Below the pieces are notes generated by a model. That model searched no databases. It was given only the letters and a program-made list of their open reading frames with translations, and was not told the origin of the DNA. Of a stretch of 64,000 bases of DNA, positions 28,183 to 37,908 are shown piece by piece. The DNA comes from Dehalococcoidia bacterium (GTDB taxonomy: Bacteria > Chloroflexota > Dehalococcoidia > Lucifugimonadales > UBA3495). A program made the translations under genes and the position numbers. The stretch is taken from NCBI GenBank assembly GCA_965201145.1, contig CBDAVT010000002.1, forward strand, positions 2,203,380-2,267,379, written 5' to 3'. The stretch's first letter is position 1. Each line of letters begins with the position of its first letter.

Positions 28183-29100
28183 ATGGTTCAATACTCCTTC
28201 CGACTGCCCAACGCCGACTACCTGGGCTTTCCGGCCACCCCGGAAGCCATTGTCCAGACCGCTGTTAAAGCGGAAGAACTGGGTTTCGATGCGCTGTTCG
28301 TCAACGACCACGTTATCGTCGATGACTCGCCCCGCAGCGAACCCTGGCGCAATGTTTACGATCCGTTGGTGGTCCTCGCTTACGTGGCGGCCCGAACCTC
28401 CCGGGTAAAGCTGGGGACTTCGGTGCTGATAATGCCTTACCGAAATCCGATCGTAACGGCCAAGATGTTCGCTACCCTGGATCAAATGTCCGGCGGGCGG
28501 GCCATCGCCGGGGTGGGCGTCGGCTGGAATGAAGCCGAGTACGCCGCCCTGGGCGTCCCGTTCCGGCAGCGAGGGGCCCGCGCTACCGAGTACCTCCAAA
28601 TCTGGCAAGCCTGCTGGGCGCCGGGGCCAACGACTTTTCACGGCCGCTTCTTCTCCTTCGAGAATATGCACGTCAACCCCAAACCGCGGCAGCAGCCCCA
28701 CCTGCCGCTGTGGATTGGCGGCTCCGGCCCGGCGGCATTGCGGCGGGCCGCCCGCTTCGGTCAAGTGTGGCAGCCCACCCCGACCCCATTGGACGCTCTG
28801 GTCAGCAACCAGAATTACCTGAAAGACTTTTGTGCCGAAATCGAGCGGGAAGAAGCGCCGGCCACTCGGATGAGCTTTCGGGTCAACTTCAGCCGAATAA
28901 CCGGCAGTTCCGGCGGAAGCGGCGACCGCCCCACGGGACAGGGAACCCCGGAACAGGTGGCCTCGGACATCACCCGCTATCGTCAGGAAGCGGGGCTGGA
29001 GCAATTTCAGATTAACTTCAACGGCTGCGGCAGTTTGCAACAACTGCTGGATTCTATGGACGCGCTGGTGGAGGAGGTTATTCCCCGGGTGGACGGGTAG
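28183..29100 (+). CDS. LLM-class flavin/F420-dependent oxidoreductase
   Basis: 305-aa ORF with the luciferase-like pattern (FDALFVNDH, LGTSVLIMPYRNP, GGRAIAGVGVGW, LWIGGSG). Confidence 0.8.
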   Translation: MVQYSFRLPNADYLGFPATPEAIVQTAVKAEELGFDALFVNDHVIVDDSPRSEPWRNVYDPLVVLAYVAARTSRVKLGTSVLIMPYRNPIVTAKMFATLDQMSGGRAIAGVGVGWNEAEYAALGVPFRQRGARATEYLQIWQACWAPGPTTFHGRFFSFENMHVNPKPRQQPHLPLWIGGSGPAALRRAARFGQVWQPTPTPLDALVSNQNYLKDFCAEIEREEAPATRMSFRVNFSRITGSSGGSGDRPTGQGTPEQVASDITRYRQEAGLEQFQINFNGCGSLQQLLDSMDALVEEVIPRVDG

Positions 29101-29165
29101 TTAAGGCGATTGGTCGCCCCGGCTTCGGCCCGGTCAGCGTAAAGTAGCGGCGCCGGACTGCGGCC

Positions 29166-29663
29166 TCAACGCCGCCGCGGGTCGATATATTCGCCAGGAT
29201 TTGAGGGGCGTTCCATGCCGATAGTCGCCATAATCAGCGCCAGCGCGATGGGTATCAGGAGGCCGGCGGCGTAAATCGGCACGTGCCCCACCGAGCCCTT
29301 GCCAACTTCCAGCAGCCGATCCGCCAGGCTCATGGTCTCCCACCGATCCGAGTACAGGGCATCCAGCGGAGCCGCCTCGTAGTTTCGTTCGAAGTGCAGC
29401 CACATCCCCACCCCGGCTACCAGTATGGTAACGACGGCGATCCCCCGGGCCAGCTTGGCCGGGAAAGGGGTGGGACGGATTATCAGCAGCAGCAAGGCCA
29501 GAAAAATTGCGCCCAATGCCGCCCAAGGCGCCAGTTGCCAGATACTGTCCCAGTGCCGGTGATAGGCCAGGGCAATCGCGGTGCCCAGCACGCCCAGAAA
29601 GACCAGACACAGCAGGCTGACCCGCAGCGAGGAGGCTACTTCTTCGTTTCTGGTATCGCGCAT
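29166..29663 (-). CDS. hypothetical membrane protein
   Basis: 165-aa ORF with four hydrophobic segments. Start abuts the stop of the upstream gene. Confidence 0.5.
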   Translation of the reverse strand: MRDTRNEEVASSLRVSLLCLVFLGVLGTAIALAYHRHWDSIWQLAPWAALGAIFLALLLLIIRPTPFPAKLARGIAVVTILVAGVGMWLHFERNYEAAPLDALYSDRWETMSLADRLLEVGKGSVGHVPIYAAGLLIPIALALIMATIGMERPSNPGEYIDPRRR

Positions 29664-30106
29664 CAGGGCAGCTTCAGCAGGGCGATGATGTCGTCGATTG
29701 CGCCCATATTGTGATTGTGGCGGGCAAAGTCGCTGCGCAGTTGCTTGAATTCGTGATCGTCTTCCGGGTAGGGGCGGTGATCCTCGATTTCGCGAGCCCA
29801 GGCTTCAGCGTGGCTGATTCCGGCCCGCTCAAAGGCGGCCCGCAAGTCTTCCCGGCTGGCGTTGTTGGCGGAAACCTTTTCGCCGGGAGTGTCAGTTGGG
29901 GCTGCTTCTGTCGGAGTCGGGGGCGGCGCCGGCGTCGGAGTAGGACTGGGCGTGGCGGTAGGAACAGCTTCCGTCGGGGGTGGCTCCGCCGCGGGCGCCC
30001 CAGAACCGCAGGCGGCTAACACTACCGCCAGACCGAACAGGGACAGCAGCGCCCCGGACGCATAAACGTACTTCCAGACCTTCCAATTACTTCCACTAAT
30101 CCGCAT
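29663..30106 (-). CDS. hypothetical lipoprotein with Pro/Thr-rich linker
   Basis: 147-aa ORF. Lipobox LAACGS, PT-rich linker and a small C-terminal helical domain. Confidence 0.5.
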   Translation of the reverse strand: MRISGSNWKVWKYVYASGALLSLFGLAVVLAACGSGAPAAEPPPTEAVPTATPSPTPTPAPPPTPTEAAPTDTPGEKVSANNASREDLRAAFERAGISHAEAWAREIEDHRPYPEDDHEFKQLRSDFARHNHNMGAIDDIIALLKLP

Positions 30107-30272
30107 AACCGCAGCCTCAAAGATTTATCAGGCGTGTCCTGGCTGAAGATTCGCCAACAGCCAATTACGTTAGACTAACGCCTAAAATTGTAAGCCAAAC
30201 CCCCGAAAATTTGCAAAGGGTCTGATACCCATTTCACCTCAACTCTCTTCTAAAGAAGAGAACAAAACCAAT

Positions 30273-30311
30273 CTCCCCTCTCCTCGCGGGAGCGGGGCCG
30301 GTGGTGCGGGC
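30273..30311. repeat. degenerate REP-like element
   Basis: CTCCCCTCTCCTCGCGGGAGCGGGGCCGGTGGTGCGGGC. Confidence 0.5.
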
Positions 30312-30353
30312 TGGCGATACAATTTGGTACTTCCCAATAACTGATACACGGTA

Positions 30354-30381
30354 TTGACAACGTTAACTCCGGTGCTATAAC
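30354..30381 (+). promoter_or_regulatory. sigma70-type promoter candidate
   Basis: TTGACA-N16-(TGC)TATAAC, 77 nt upstream of the 30458 start. Confidence 0.5.
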
Positions 30382-30457
30382 TTATACTAGGTATCAATAA
30401 GAGCAGGAAAATAGAACTGCGTCAACAATACTACGATGCCGAAATGGAGTGACCTAA

Positions 30458-32800
30458 ATGTCCAGAAACCCGTTGCCAATTTTGTTACCCCTTGTTGCTG
30501 TCTTTATTCTTTTAGCGGCAGCCTGTAGTTCTTCAGATCAGGCAACCCAACCGGCCCCGACATCCCCGCCGACCCAGAATATGCCCGCGGCCGATGCCCA
30601 GACCGAGCCGGCGGCGGAGCCGTCCCAAATGGTTCAGGTAGTTACTACCAGCAATATCGTGGCCGACTGGGTCGCGGCCGTCGGTCAGGACCGGGTGGAA
30701 GTTCTTTCCCTGATGCCGCCGGGCGCTGACCCGCATACCTACCAACCCGGCGCGCAGGACATCAGCCATGTCGCCGACGCGGACCTGATAATGAGCGTGG
30801 GGGTGGGCCTGGAATCCGGCTGGCTCAACGATCTGGTGCAAAATGCGGCCCAGGATGCCCACGATATTGTGGAACTGGGCGAGTCGATTGACCCCATAGA
30901 TTTTGTGGAAATATTTGAGGAACCGGCCCACGAAGAAATGAGCGAGCTGGTCGGGCGTTTGCTCATCGGAGACGGCGACACGGGCGCCGTTTCGGTCATC
31001 GAGCTGGACCACGGCGAGGTGGAACAGGACGCCTATGACCTGGGCAGCCGAGCCGGCCGCATTTACGCCACCAAGAGCGGCCGCTTCGCCGTCGCCGTCG
31101 CCAGCGACGCCAATTTGGCCCAGGTGTTCGACGGCGGCATTTACCAGGAAGCCCATGATGACCACTTTGACCTGGTGCACCGGGAAATGAGTCCCGTCGG
31201 CCTCGACCTGGCCGGCGACCGCCCCGTCCATCTCTACATCGGGAAAGAGTGGGCGACTATATTTTATGACGGCAGCGGCGACGTTCTGCTGATTAATGAG
31301 CATGAACTGGAAGAAGAAGGCGCTGCCTATACGCCGGTAAAGCTTAACGCCGGGCCGCACCACGGCGCGGCGGTGCCTTTTGAGGGCGACTTGTTCGCCA
31401 TCACGGCTCAACATCCCGATTTTGACTCCGACCCGGAGCAATACCGCCTTCCCACGACGGTGGATATTCGCGACCTTTCCGGCGAGGTGCTCTACAGCGC
31501 CGGCGACTGCCCCAGCCTGCACGGGGACGCCGGCAACGGCCACGTGGCCGTGTTCGGCTGCCGCGGCGGCGTCCTGACCGTGAGCGCTGAAGCCGGCCAG
31601 TTTGACCATACCTTCATTCCGGCGCCGGTCGGAGAACCGGAAGATTTCCGCCTCACTTCCGTATGGGGCGCCCCAGGCTCGGAGCATTTCTTCGCTCTGG
31701 GTTCCGCCGTGGGCCTCTACGTGGTGGAACCTGAGGCGGGGAGTATGGAGCAGTTGGTGCCCGTCGCCGGCGACCTGGTCCCGATTCAGGTCGCCCTTAG
31801 TTCGGACGGCGAGCAGCTGGTGGTGGTGCTGAGCGATGGCGAAATCCGCCTGTACGATGCCCACGACGGCGCGGTAATCGCGACCAACGCCGAAGCCCTG
31901 ACTACGCCGGTGGAAACCGGTTTCTGGGCTCGTCCCCACGTGGCCATGGGGCCGGATGCCATCTTCGTTACCGACTCGGTGGGCAACCAGGTTCTGCATC
32001 TGGATGCCCATGACCTGGAAGTGGTAAACCACTGGGATGTGGCCGGAACTCCGGTGAAGATTGCCTTCGTTGGACTACCCGGCGAGACCGGGGGACACCA
32101 CGAAGATGAGCATGACGGCCACGGGCACGAAGCCGAGGCCGAAGCCGGACATGACGGCCACGGGCACGAAGCCGAGGCCGAAGCCGGACATGACGGCCAC
32201 GACCACGAAGCGGAGGCCGAAGCCGGACATGACGGTCACGACCACGATGCCCACGCCGGCCACGACCATGGCGAGCTGGACCCGCACTTCTGGTTTGACC
32301 CCCTGCGGGTCAAGCAGGCGGTGGACAGCATCGCTGCCCACCTGTCGGAATTGGACCCGGACGGTCAAGCCCACTACCGGGAAAATGCCGCTGCCTACAA
32401 CCGAGAGCTGGATGAATTGCACGCCTGGATCCAAACCGAGGTGGACCAACTGCCCCCGACGCAGCGGCAGTTGGTAACAACCCACGATGCCTTCCAGTAT
32501 TTCGCCCAAAGATACGGGTTCGAAGTCGTTGGCACCGTACTGCCTCTATCCACCGAAGTCGATCCTTCCGCCCAGGAAATAGCGGCCCTGGTGGAGAGTA
32601 TCCAGGACTCCGGCACGAAGGCGGTGTTCGCCGAGAAGTCCCAATCAGACCGCCTTTTGCGGCAGGTTGCCGATGATACGGGAGCGCAGGTTATCGGCGG
32701 CCTCTACACCGGTACATTGGGCGAACCCGGCGGGGAGGCCGGCACTTACCAGGATTTCATGCGCTATAATGTCACTACTATTGTGACGGGGCTGAAATAG
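30458..32800 (+). CDS. ZnuA/TroA-family metal-binding lipoprotein with a large internal insertion and His-rich repeat
   Basis: 780-aa ORF with lipobox LAAACSS. N-lobe VVTTSNIVADWV...PPGADPHTYQP. C-lobe starts at LDPHFWFDP and continues LVTTHDAFQYFAQRYGFEV. About 430 aa are inserted exactly where ZnuA proteins carry their His-rich loop. Confidence 0.75.
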   Translation: MSRNPLPILLPLVAVFILLAAACSSSDQATQPAPTSPPTQNMPAADAQTEPAAEPSQMVQVVTTSNIVADWVAAVGQDRVEVLSLMPPGADPHTYQPGAQDISHVADADLIMSVGVGLESGWLNDLVQNAAQDAHDIVELGESIDPIDFVEIFEEPAHEEMSELVGRLLIGDGDTGAVSVIELDHGEVEQDAYDLGSRAGRIYATKSGRFAVAVASDANLAQVFDGGIYQEAHDDHFDLVHREMSPVGLDLAGDRPVHLYIGKEWATIFYDGSGDVLLINEHELEEEGAAYTPVKLNAGPHHGAAVPFEGDLFAITAQHPDFDSDPEQYRLPTTVDIRDLSGEVLYSAGDCPSLHGDAGNGHVAVFGCRGGVLTVSAEAGQFDHTFIPAPVGEPEDFRLTSVWGAPGSEHFFALGSAVGLYVVEPEAGSMEQLVPVAGDLVPIQVALSSDGEQLVVVLSDGEIRLYDAHDGAVIATNAEALTTPVETGFWARPHVAMGPDAIFVTDSVGNQVLHLDAHDLEVVNHWDVAGTPVKIAFVGLPGETGGHHEDEHDGHGHEAEAEAGHDGHGHEAEAEAGHDGHDHEAEAEAGHDGHDHDAHAGHDHGELDPHFWFDPLRVKQAVDSIAAHLSELDPDGQAHYRENAAAYNRELDELHAWIQTEVDQLPPTQRQLVTTHDAFQYFAQRYGFEVVGTVLPLSTEVDPSAQEIAALVESIQDSGTKAVFAEKSQSDRLLRQVADDTGAQVIGGLYTGTLGEPGGEAGTYQDFMRYNVTTIVTGLK
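32111..32265 (+). repeat. 39-bp coding tandem repeat (about 4 units) encoding HDGHGHEAEAEAG
   Basis: Units at 32111, 32150 and 32189 plus a partial fourth. Nearly identical at the DNA level. Confidence 0.85.
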
Positions 32801-32921
32801 CGCGCCTGAGGGTACGGCGTGCCGTAGTTTAAGGCAGCGCCGGCTCAGCGAACTGCAAACACCGGGGCAGCTCCGTATTAGAGCTGCCCCGGTGTACGTT
32901 AATATCCTTTTTCCTCAGCCG

Positions 32922-34013
32922 CTACACTTCGTAACAGGCGGCCCAGTGGCCCGGAGACTTCTCCTCGGTGGGCGGGTGCGGGTTGTCCCGGCAAAAGTCG
33001 GTAGCCAGGGGACATCGCTCGAAGAAACGGCACCGGTCCGGTGGATCAACGGCTACCGTCAAGTCGCCCCGGATGTCGGGCGGCGCCCGCCGGTAACCGG
33101 GGTCCGGCGCCGGAACCGCCGAAAGCAGGGCCCGAGTGTAGGGGTGAACCGGATTGCGCAGCAGCTCTTCGGTTTCCCCCAATTCCACGATTTTCCCCAG
33201 GTACATTACGGCGATGCGGTGGCACATATAACGCGCCACCGCCAGGTCGTGGGTTACGTAGATGTAGGCAACCCCCAAGTCCCGGGCCAACTGCTGCATC
33301 AGGTTCATAATGCCGGTGCGGCTGGACACATCCAGCATGGAAGTCGGTTCGTCGGCCACAACGAAGGACGGCGTTACCACCAGCGCCCGGGCAATTGCCA
33401 CCCGCTGCCGTTGGCCCCCGGAAAGCTCATGAGGGTGCCGGAAAAGGAAGGCCCCCGGCGGCGTAAGGCTCACCCGCTCCAGAATCTCCGAAACCCGGTC
33501 CACTCGGTCCATCACGGTGCCGATGCTCTGCACCGCCAGCGGTTCGGCGATGGTATCGTAGATGGTACGCCGGGGATTCATCGACTCGTAGGGGTCCTGA
33601 AAAATCATCTGCACCTGACGGCGGAAAGCCCGCAAGTCCCGTCCCTGAATCGTTCTCGATTCCACCGGCAGCTCGGGAGACTCCCGGTTGGTCAGCCCGG
33701 GCAGTCGGAACCAAATTTCCCCCGTAGTCGGTTCCAGCAGCTTGACCAGTAGCTTCCCGACGGTAGTCTTACCGCAGCCTGACTCGCCCACCAACCCCAG
33801 ACTCTCCCCCGGGGCCAGGGCCAGGGACACAGCGTCCACGGCATGGATAAAACTGGCCGCCTTCCGGAAAAGGCCCCGGCTTACCGGGAAGCGCACCGTC
33901 ATTTCGGCGGTGGACACCAAAGCCCCGGGGAGCGCCGGCGGAGTGGCGAAGTTGGTCACGCGGCCCTCACTTGCCGGATGCCGCCGGTGCGGCAGCTGCG
34001 GCTGCGGTTTCAT
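32922..34013 (-). CDS. ABC transporter ATP-binding protein (OppF/DppF-like)
   Basis: Walker A GESGCGKTT, signature LSGGQRQR, Walker B FVVADEP and a C-terminal oligopeptide-ABC extension. The true start may be the GTG at 33959, just after the upstream stop. Confidence 0.85.
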   Translation of the reverse strand: MKPQPQLPHRRHPASEGRVTNFATPPALPGALVSTAEMTVRFPVSRGLFRKAASFIHAVDAVSLALAPGESLGLVGESGCGKTTVGKLLVKLLEPTTGEIWFRLPGLTNRESPELPVESRTIQGRDLRAFRRQVQMIFQDPYESMNPRRTIYDTIAEPLAVQSIGTVMDRVDRVSEILERVSLTPPGAFLFRHPHELSGGQRQRVAIARALVVTPSFVVADEPTSMLDVSSRTGIMNLMQQLARDLGVAYIYVTHDLAVARYMCHRIAVMYLGKIVELGETEELLRNPVHPYTRALLSAVPAPDPGYRRAPPDIRGDLTVAVDPPDRCRFFERCPLATDFCRDNPHPPTEEKSPGHWAACYEV

Positions 34014-34980
34014 CCAAAGGGTGCCAGCAGTCGGCCCACCGGCTGCCCCGCCTTACCTTGGGTGGGTACTCCTCCCGACATTCCCGGGTAGCGTGCCGGC
34101 AGCGGGGATGAAAAGGGCAGCCCGGCGGCGGGTTGATGAGGTTGGGCGGTTCCCCGGCCAGATTTACCAGGGGACGTTTGGGGCCGGTAACGCTGGGAAA
34201 GGCGCCCAGCAGCGCTTCCGTGTAGGGATGCAGCGGCGCGCGGAATACATCCGCCACGTCCCCGAACTCCACCAAACGGCCAGCGTACATCACGCCGATA
34301 CGGTCGGAAACTTCGGCCACCACGCCAATGTCATGGCTGATGTAAATTACGGCCATCCCCAGTTCCCGCTGGATACTCTTCAGCTCCCGCAGAATCCGGT
34401 CCTGCACGATTACGTCCAGGGCGGTGGTAGGCTCGTCGGCAATGACAATGGTTGGGTCGCAGGAAAGAGCCATAGCGATGACCGCCCGCTGCCGCATCCC
34501 GCCGCTGAACTCGTGAGGGTAGCGCTCCATCAGCGCCGGGTCCAGGCCCACCAGGCGGAACAGACGCGCCACCCGCGCCCTGGCGGCGGCGGGCGTCGAT
34601 TCCACCCCGTGCGCTTCAATGGCCTCAATTACCTGCCGCCCTACCCGATACACCGGGTCCAGGGCATTCATCGCCGCCTGAAATACCATGGCGATGCGGC
34701 TCCAGCGGTAGTCGCGAATCTCCGCTTCGGATAGAGCGAGAAGATCCCGGCCGTCCAGGAAGACCTGTCCGCTCTCCAGCCGGGCGTTGTCGGGCAGCAG
34801 CCGCAGCAGACAGTTGGCTACCGCCGTCTTCCCGCAGCCCGACTCGCCGACCAGTCCCAGCGCCTGCCCCGGGGCCAGATCAAAGCTGACTTCCTGCACC
34901 GCCTTGACCTCGCCGCTGCGGGTAAGGTAACGCAGGGACAAACCGACCACTTTCAGGATGGGAGCGTCCGCCGCCGCCAT
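33967..34980 (-). CDS. ABC transporter ATP-binding protein (OppD/DppD-like)
   Basis: Walker A GESGCGKTA, signature FSGGMRQR and Walker B IVIADEP. Confidence 0.85.
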   Translation of the reverse strand: MAAADAPILKVVGLSLRYLTRSGEVKAVQEVSFDLAPGQALGLVGESGCGKTAVANCLLRLLPDNARLESGQVFLDGRDLLALSEAEIRDYRWSRIAMVFQAAMNALDPVYRVGRQVIEAIEAHGVESTPAAARARVARLFRLVGLDPALMERYPHEFSGGMRQRAVIAMALSCDPTIVIADEPTTALDVIVQDRILRELKSIQRELGMAVIYISHDIGVVAEVSDRIGVMYAGRLVEFGDVADVFRAPLHPYTEALLGAFPSVTGPKRPLVNLAGEPPNLINPPPGCPFHPRCRHATRECREEYPPKVRRGSRWADCWHPLDETAAAAAAPAASGK

Positions 34981-34999
34981 AACCGGGCTCCCCCGATTC

Positions 35000-36001
35000 C
35001 TAACTGCGCTGTCGGCGCAGTCGGGGATTTACTACCTCATCCAGGGCGCGTCCGCCCAGGTAGAAGGCGCTGCACAGCAGTGTAATTGACGCGCCGGCCG
35101 GAATTATCAACCACCAGTACCGGGTGCCGTCCATCAGGTAGCCGCCGGTATTGGCGGTATGGATCATTATCCCCCAGCTCATTCGGATGTCCAGCAGCCC
35201 CAGGAAGGACAGCACCGCCTCGGCAAATATGGCCGTGGTGACGGTGAACATCATATACAGCAGGGACAAGGGCAGCAGATTGGGCAGGATGTGGACAAAA
35301 ATTATGTGAAAGTGGCCGCCGCCGGCTACCCGCGCCGCCTCGATATAGGGTTTCACCTTAATGCTGATCGCCTGGGACTTGAGGATGATGGCCGTTCCAC
35401 CGAATCCGCCCAGTATCCCGATAACCAGGGCCAGGTAGAACAGGTTCAACTTGAACAGAGCGCTCAGCACAATCAGCAGGGAGATGCCGGGCAGAGCGAT
35501 TATCAGGTCGGCCAGGCGCATAAAGAAGGTGTCCACCAGCCCGCCATAGTAGGCAGACGCCGCGCCCACGGTGGTGGCAATGGCTACGGTAACCAGCGCC
35601 GCCGTAATCCCCAGCACAAACTCGGAGCGCGTGCTCCACAGCAACTGGCTCAGCACATCCCGCCCCAGGGGGTCAGTTCCCAAAGGATGCCGCCAGGTAG
35701 GCGGCGCCGGCTGCTCCAGACGGTCGTAGGCATAGCCGGTTACCGGGTCGTAGGTGTCCCGGTCCCAGATTGTCAGCATCAGGATGGGGTGGGCCACGGC
35801 CATCAGCGCAAAAATGCCGATGATGACCAGGGCCAGCACCCCGATACGACTTTCCATGAATATGGCCCAACCGGCGCGGAAGGAGCGCCCGGCCAGCCGG
35901 CCGCGGGCTACCAGCAGCCGGAATCGGCTGTGGCCTACTTCAATGGCCGGCGGTTCGGGAGCGGTTTCCGGCCCGGGTGGCAAATTATGCGGTGTAATCA
36001 C
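35000..36001 (-). CDS. ABC transporter permease (DppC/OppC-like)
   Basis: 333-aa polytopic ORF with an EAA-loop-like YIEAARVAGGGHFHIIFVHILPN. Overlaps the upstream permease by 4 nt. Confidence 0.85.
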   Translation of the reverse strand: MITPHNLPPGPETAPEPPAIEVGHSRFRLLVARGRLAGRSFRAGWAIFMESRIGVLALVIIGIFALMAVAHPILMLTIWDRDTYDPVTGYAYDRLEQPAPPTWRHPLGTDPLGRDVLSQLLWSTRSEFVLGITAALVTVAIATTVGAASAYYGGLVDTFFMRLADLIIALPGISLLIVLSALFKLNLFYLALVIGILGGFGGTAIILKSQAISIKVKPYIEAARVAGGGHFHIIFVHILPNLLPLSLLYMMFTVTTAIFAEAVLSFLGLLDIRMSWGIMIHTANTGGYLMDGTRYWWLIIPAGASITLLCSAFYLGGRALDEVVNPRLRRQRS

Positions 36002-37140
36002 TGGTATCGTATCCTGGGGTCGAGATAGACGTACAGAATGTCCACAATCAGGTGCGCCAGCAGGGAGAAGAGGCCAATAAATACCATTGCGCCCATTACC
36101 AGGGGCAAGTCTTCGGTCCGCACTGCCTGGAGCAGAGTCATACCGGTGCCGGGCCAGGAAAATACGCCCTCGATGATGACGCTGCCGTCAATGGCGAAGA
36201 TGAGGCTGTAAACCAGACTGGTTACCACCGGCAGGAGGGCGTTGCGGGCGGCGTGGCGGTCCCGAATCTGCTTTTCCGGCAGGCCTTTGGCCCGGGCTGC
36301 CATCACGTAGTCCTCCCGTATCGTTTCCAGCATACTGTTGCGGGTCAGCAGCATGGTGCCGGCAAAGGATATGAGGGTCAGGGTGGCAATGGGCAGCACC
36401 ATGTGCTTGAGGATGTCCAGGGCCAGCCCGCCAACGCCCGACATATACCATATTAGCAAGGCGGCGGCCACCGCTCCGGCGATGGCCGGCCACCGCCACC
36501 GGCCCAGTCGCAGCCTTTGCAGCAGGTACAGCGCCAGCAGCGAGAAGACGGTCAGCAGGAAAGCGGTCAGCAGCATTTGACCGAAGACGAAGTTGGCCGA
36601 TACTTCGGCGTGGCGCCAGACCAGAGGGTCCAGAAACTTGCCCACCGGCAGCCAGCCCAGCCGGAAGGCGAAAATCCAGATCATCATCAGGGCGAAGGCC
36701 GGCGTAAATACGGTAAAGAGGGTGGCGCCGGAGATGGTGGCGGTGTATTCCAGCACGCCGCCCCGCCGCCACGCAATGGCTTTCCCCAGGAAGAAGCCGA
36801 CGTAGAAGGACAGGATGGTAGCGGAAAGAAACAGTACCGCCGTTCGGGGCACCCGTTCCGCCAGCACTTCCAGCACCGGGCGGGGGAAATGGCCGAAGGA
36901 TACGCCAAAATTTCCGGTAACGGTATTCTTCAGGTGAATCAGGTATTGCTGCCACAAGGGCTGGTCCAGGCCAAAGGAGGCCCGAATCTGCTCCCGCACG
37001 TCGGGAGGCAAGTCCGGGTTAAGGGCGTAAAAAGAGGCATAGTCCCCCGGCTGGGCCTGAACCAGGAAGAATGTCAAAGTTATTATCAGGAAAAGGGTAA
37101 GGCCCATTTGTCCCGCCCGGCGGAACAGATAACCGGTCAT
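35998..37140 (-). CDS. ABC transporter permease (DppB/OppB-like)
   Basis: 380-aa polytopic ORF with an EAA-loop-like YVMAARAKGLPEKQIRDRHAARNALLPV. Confidence 0.85.
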   Translation of the reverse strand: MTGYLFRRAGQMGLTLFLIITLTFFLVQAQPGDYASFYALNPDLPPDVREQIRASFGLDQPLWQQYLIHLKNTVTGNFGVSFGHFPRPVLEVLAERVPRTAVLFLSATILSFYVGFFLGKAIAWRRGGVLEYTATISGATLFTVFTPAFALMMIWIFAFRLGWLPVGKFLDPLVWRHAEVSANFVFGQMLLTAFLLTVFSLLALYLLQRLRLGRWRWPAIAGAVAAALLIWYMSGVGGLALDILKHMVLPIATLTLISFAGTMLLTRNSMLETIREDYVMAARAKGLPEKQIRDRHAARNALLPVVTSLVYSLIFAIDGSVIIEGVFSWPGTGMTLLQAVRTEDLPLVMGAMVFIGLFSLLAHLIVDILYVYLDPRIRYQ

Positions 37141-37461
37141 AAGGGACGCTCCCGGTTCAAACAGTTGGGTGGGAAGACTCTAATTCCAAACATCGCAGCT
37201 CCGTCCCCCGGCAGTTGACCCACCGGAATGACGCTGCAAATAATCGACGGGCCGGTAAGAAGCCCGGTTTCCAATCACGACAAATCTCAATCATTTGCGG
37301 GAGAAGCTAGTTGAATTCACCGGACAGTTAGTTGCCACCGCCTCCGGATTTCAAGTTTCCCGGTCGAACTCAAAAAAGAGCTGTTGCCGGACGTTACTAC
37401 TTATCAGCTTCCACCATAGGAGCAAATTGGCGTACTCCGGCTCTCCTACCAAGGGTGTAGG

Positions 37462-37908
37462 TCAAATCGGCGTGAAGAGCGTTTCCGAGGATATCTTCTG
37501 CTTTAGGACCCGGTTTATTTGACTGCGCTCTACGTTTGCATCCTCTTGTAAGCCAAGACAATGGATAATGCCATTGACATCGGCGCTAAGGCGAGCGCCT
37601 AGCGCAATTTTCAGGAGGCCGTCGCTTTGTTCGTTTACCTGATAAGAGTGAAAATGCACCGGGTCAGCCAATACTGCCGGGGTCTTTAAGTGCGAGAAAT
37701 CAAACACTCCACTCATATAGTCGAGTAATACATCCTGGATTACGAGTACAAGTTTCTTGTTCAGGTGTTCGAAGGTCTGACTTTTGTGGTGCATTTGCAC
37801 CAGTATTGTCTTCGCAGTCATTTTCCAGTTCATATCCTCGACTATCCGCGCCCAATCCTGGTATCTTCTGGTAGTGGCCTGGCCGAACAGTTCAAGTATT
37901 CGGTTCAT
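37462..37908 (-). CDS. putative type II restriction endonuclease partner (uncharacterised, possibly truncated)
   Basis: The ATG at 37908 overlaps the methyltransferase stop in ATGA. AT-rich like the methyltransferase gene. No nuclease motif recognised. A further ORF-like stretch follows in another frame downstream (about 37300-37460). Confidence 0.35.
   Translation of the reverse strand: MNRILELFGQATTRRYQDWARIVEDMNWKMTAKTILVQMHHKSQTFEHLNKKLVLVIQDVLLDYMSGVFDFSHLKTPAVLADPVHFHSYQVNEQSDGLLKIALGARLSADVNGIIHCLGLQEDANVERSQINRVLKQKISSETLFTPI

Noticed and set aside
28147-29043. 298-aa ORF antisense to the LLM oxidoreductase gene
   Set aside because: The sense frame has clear luciferase-like motifs and an RBS, while the antisense frame is low-complexity.
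30533-32032. 499-aa ORF antisense to the ZnuA-like gene
   Set aside because: No motifs and biased composition. The sense frame carries a lipobox, ZnuA lobes and a coding tandem repeat.
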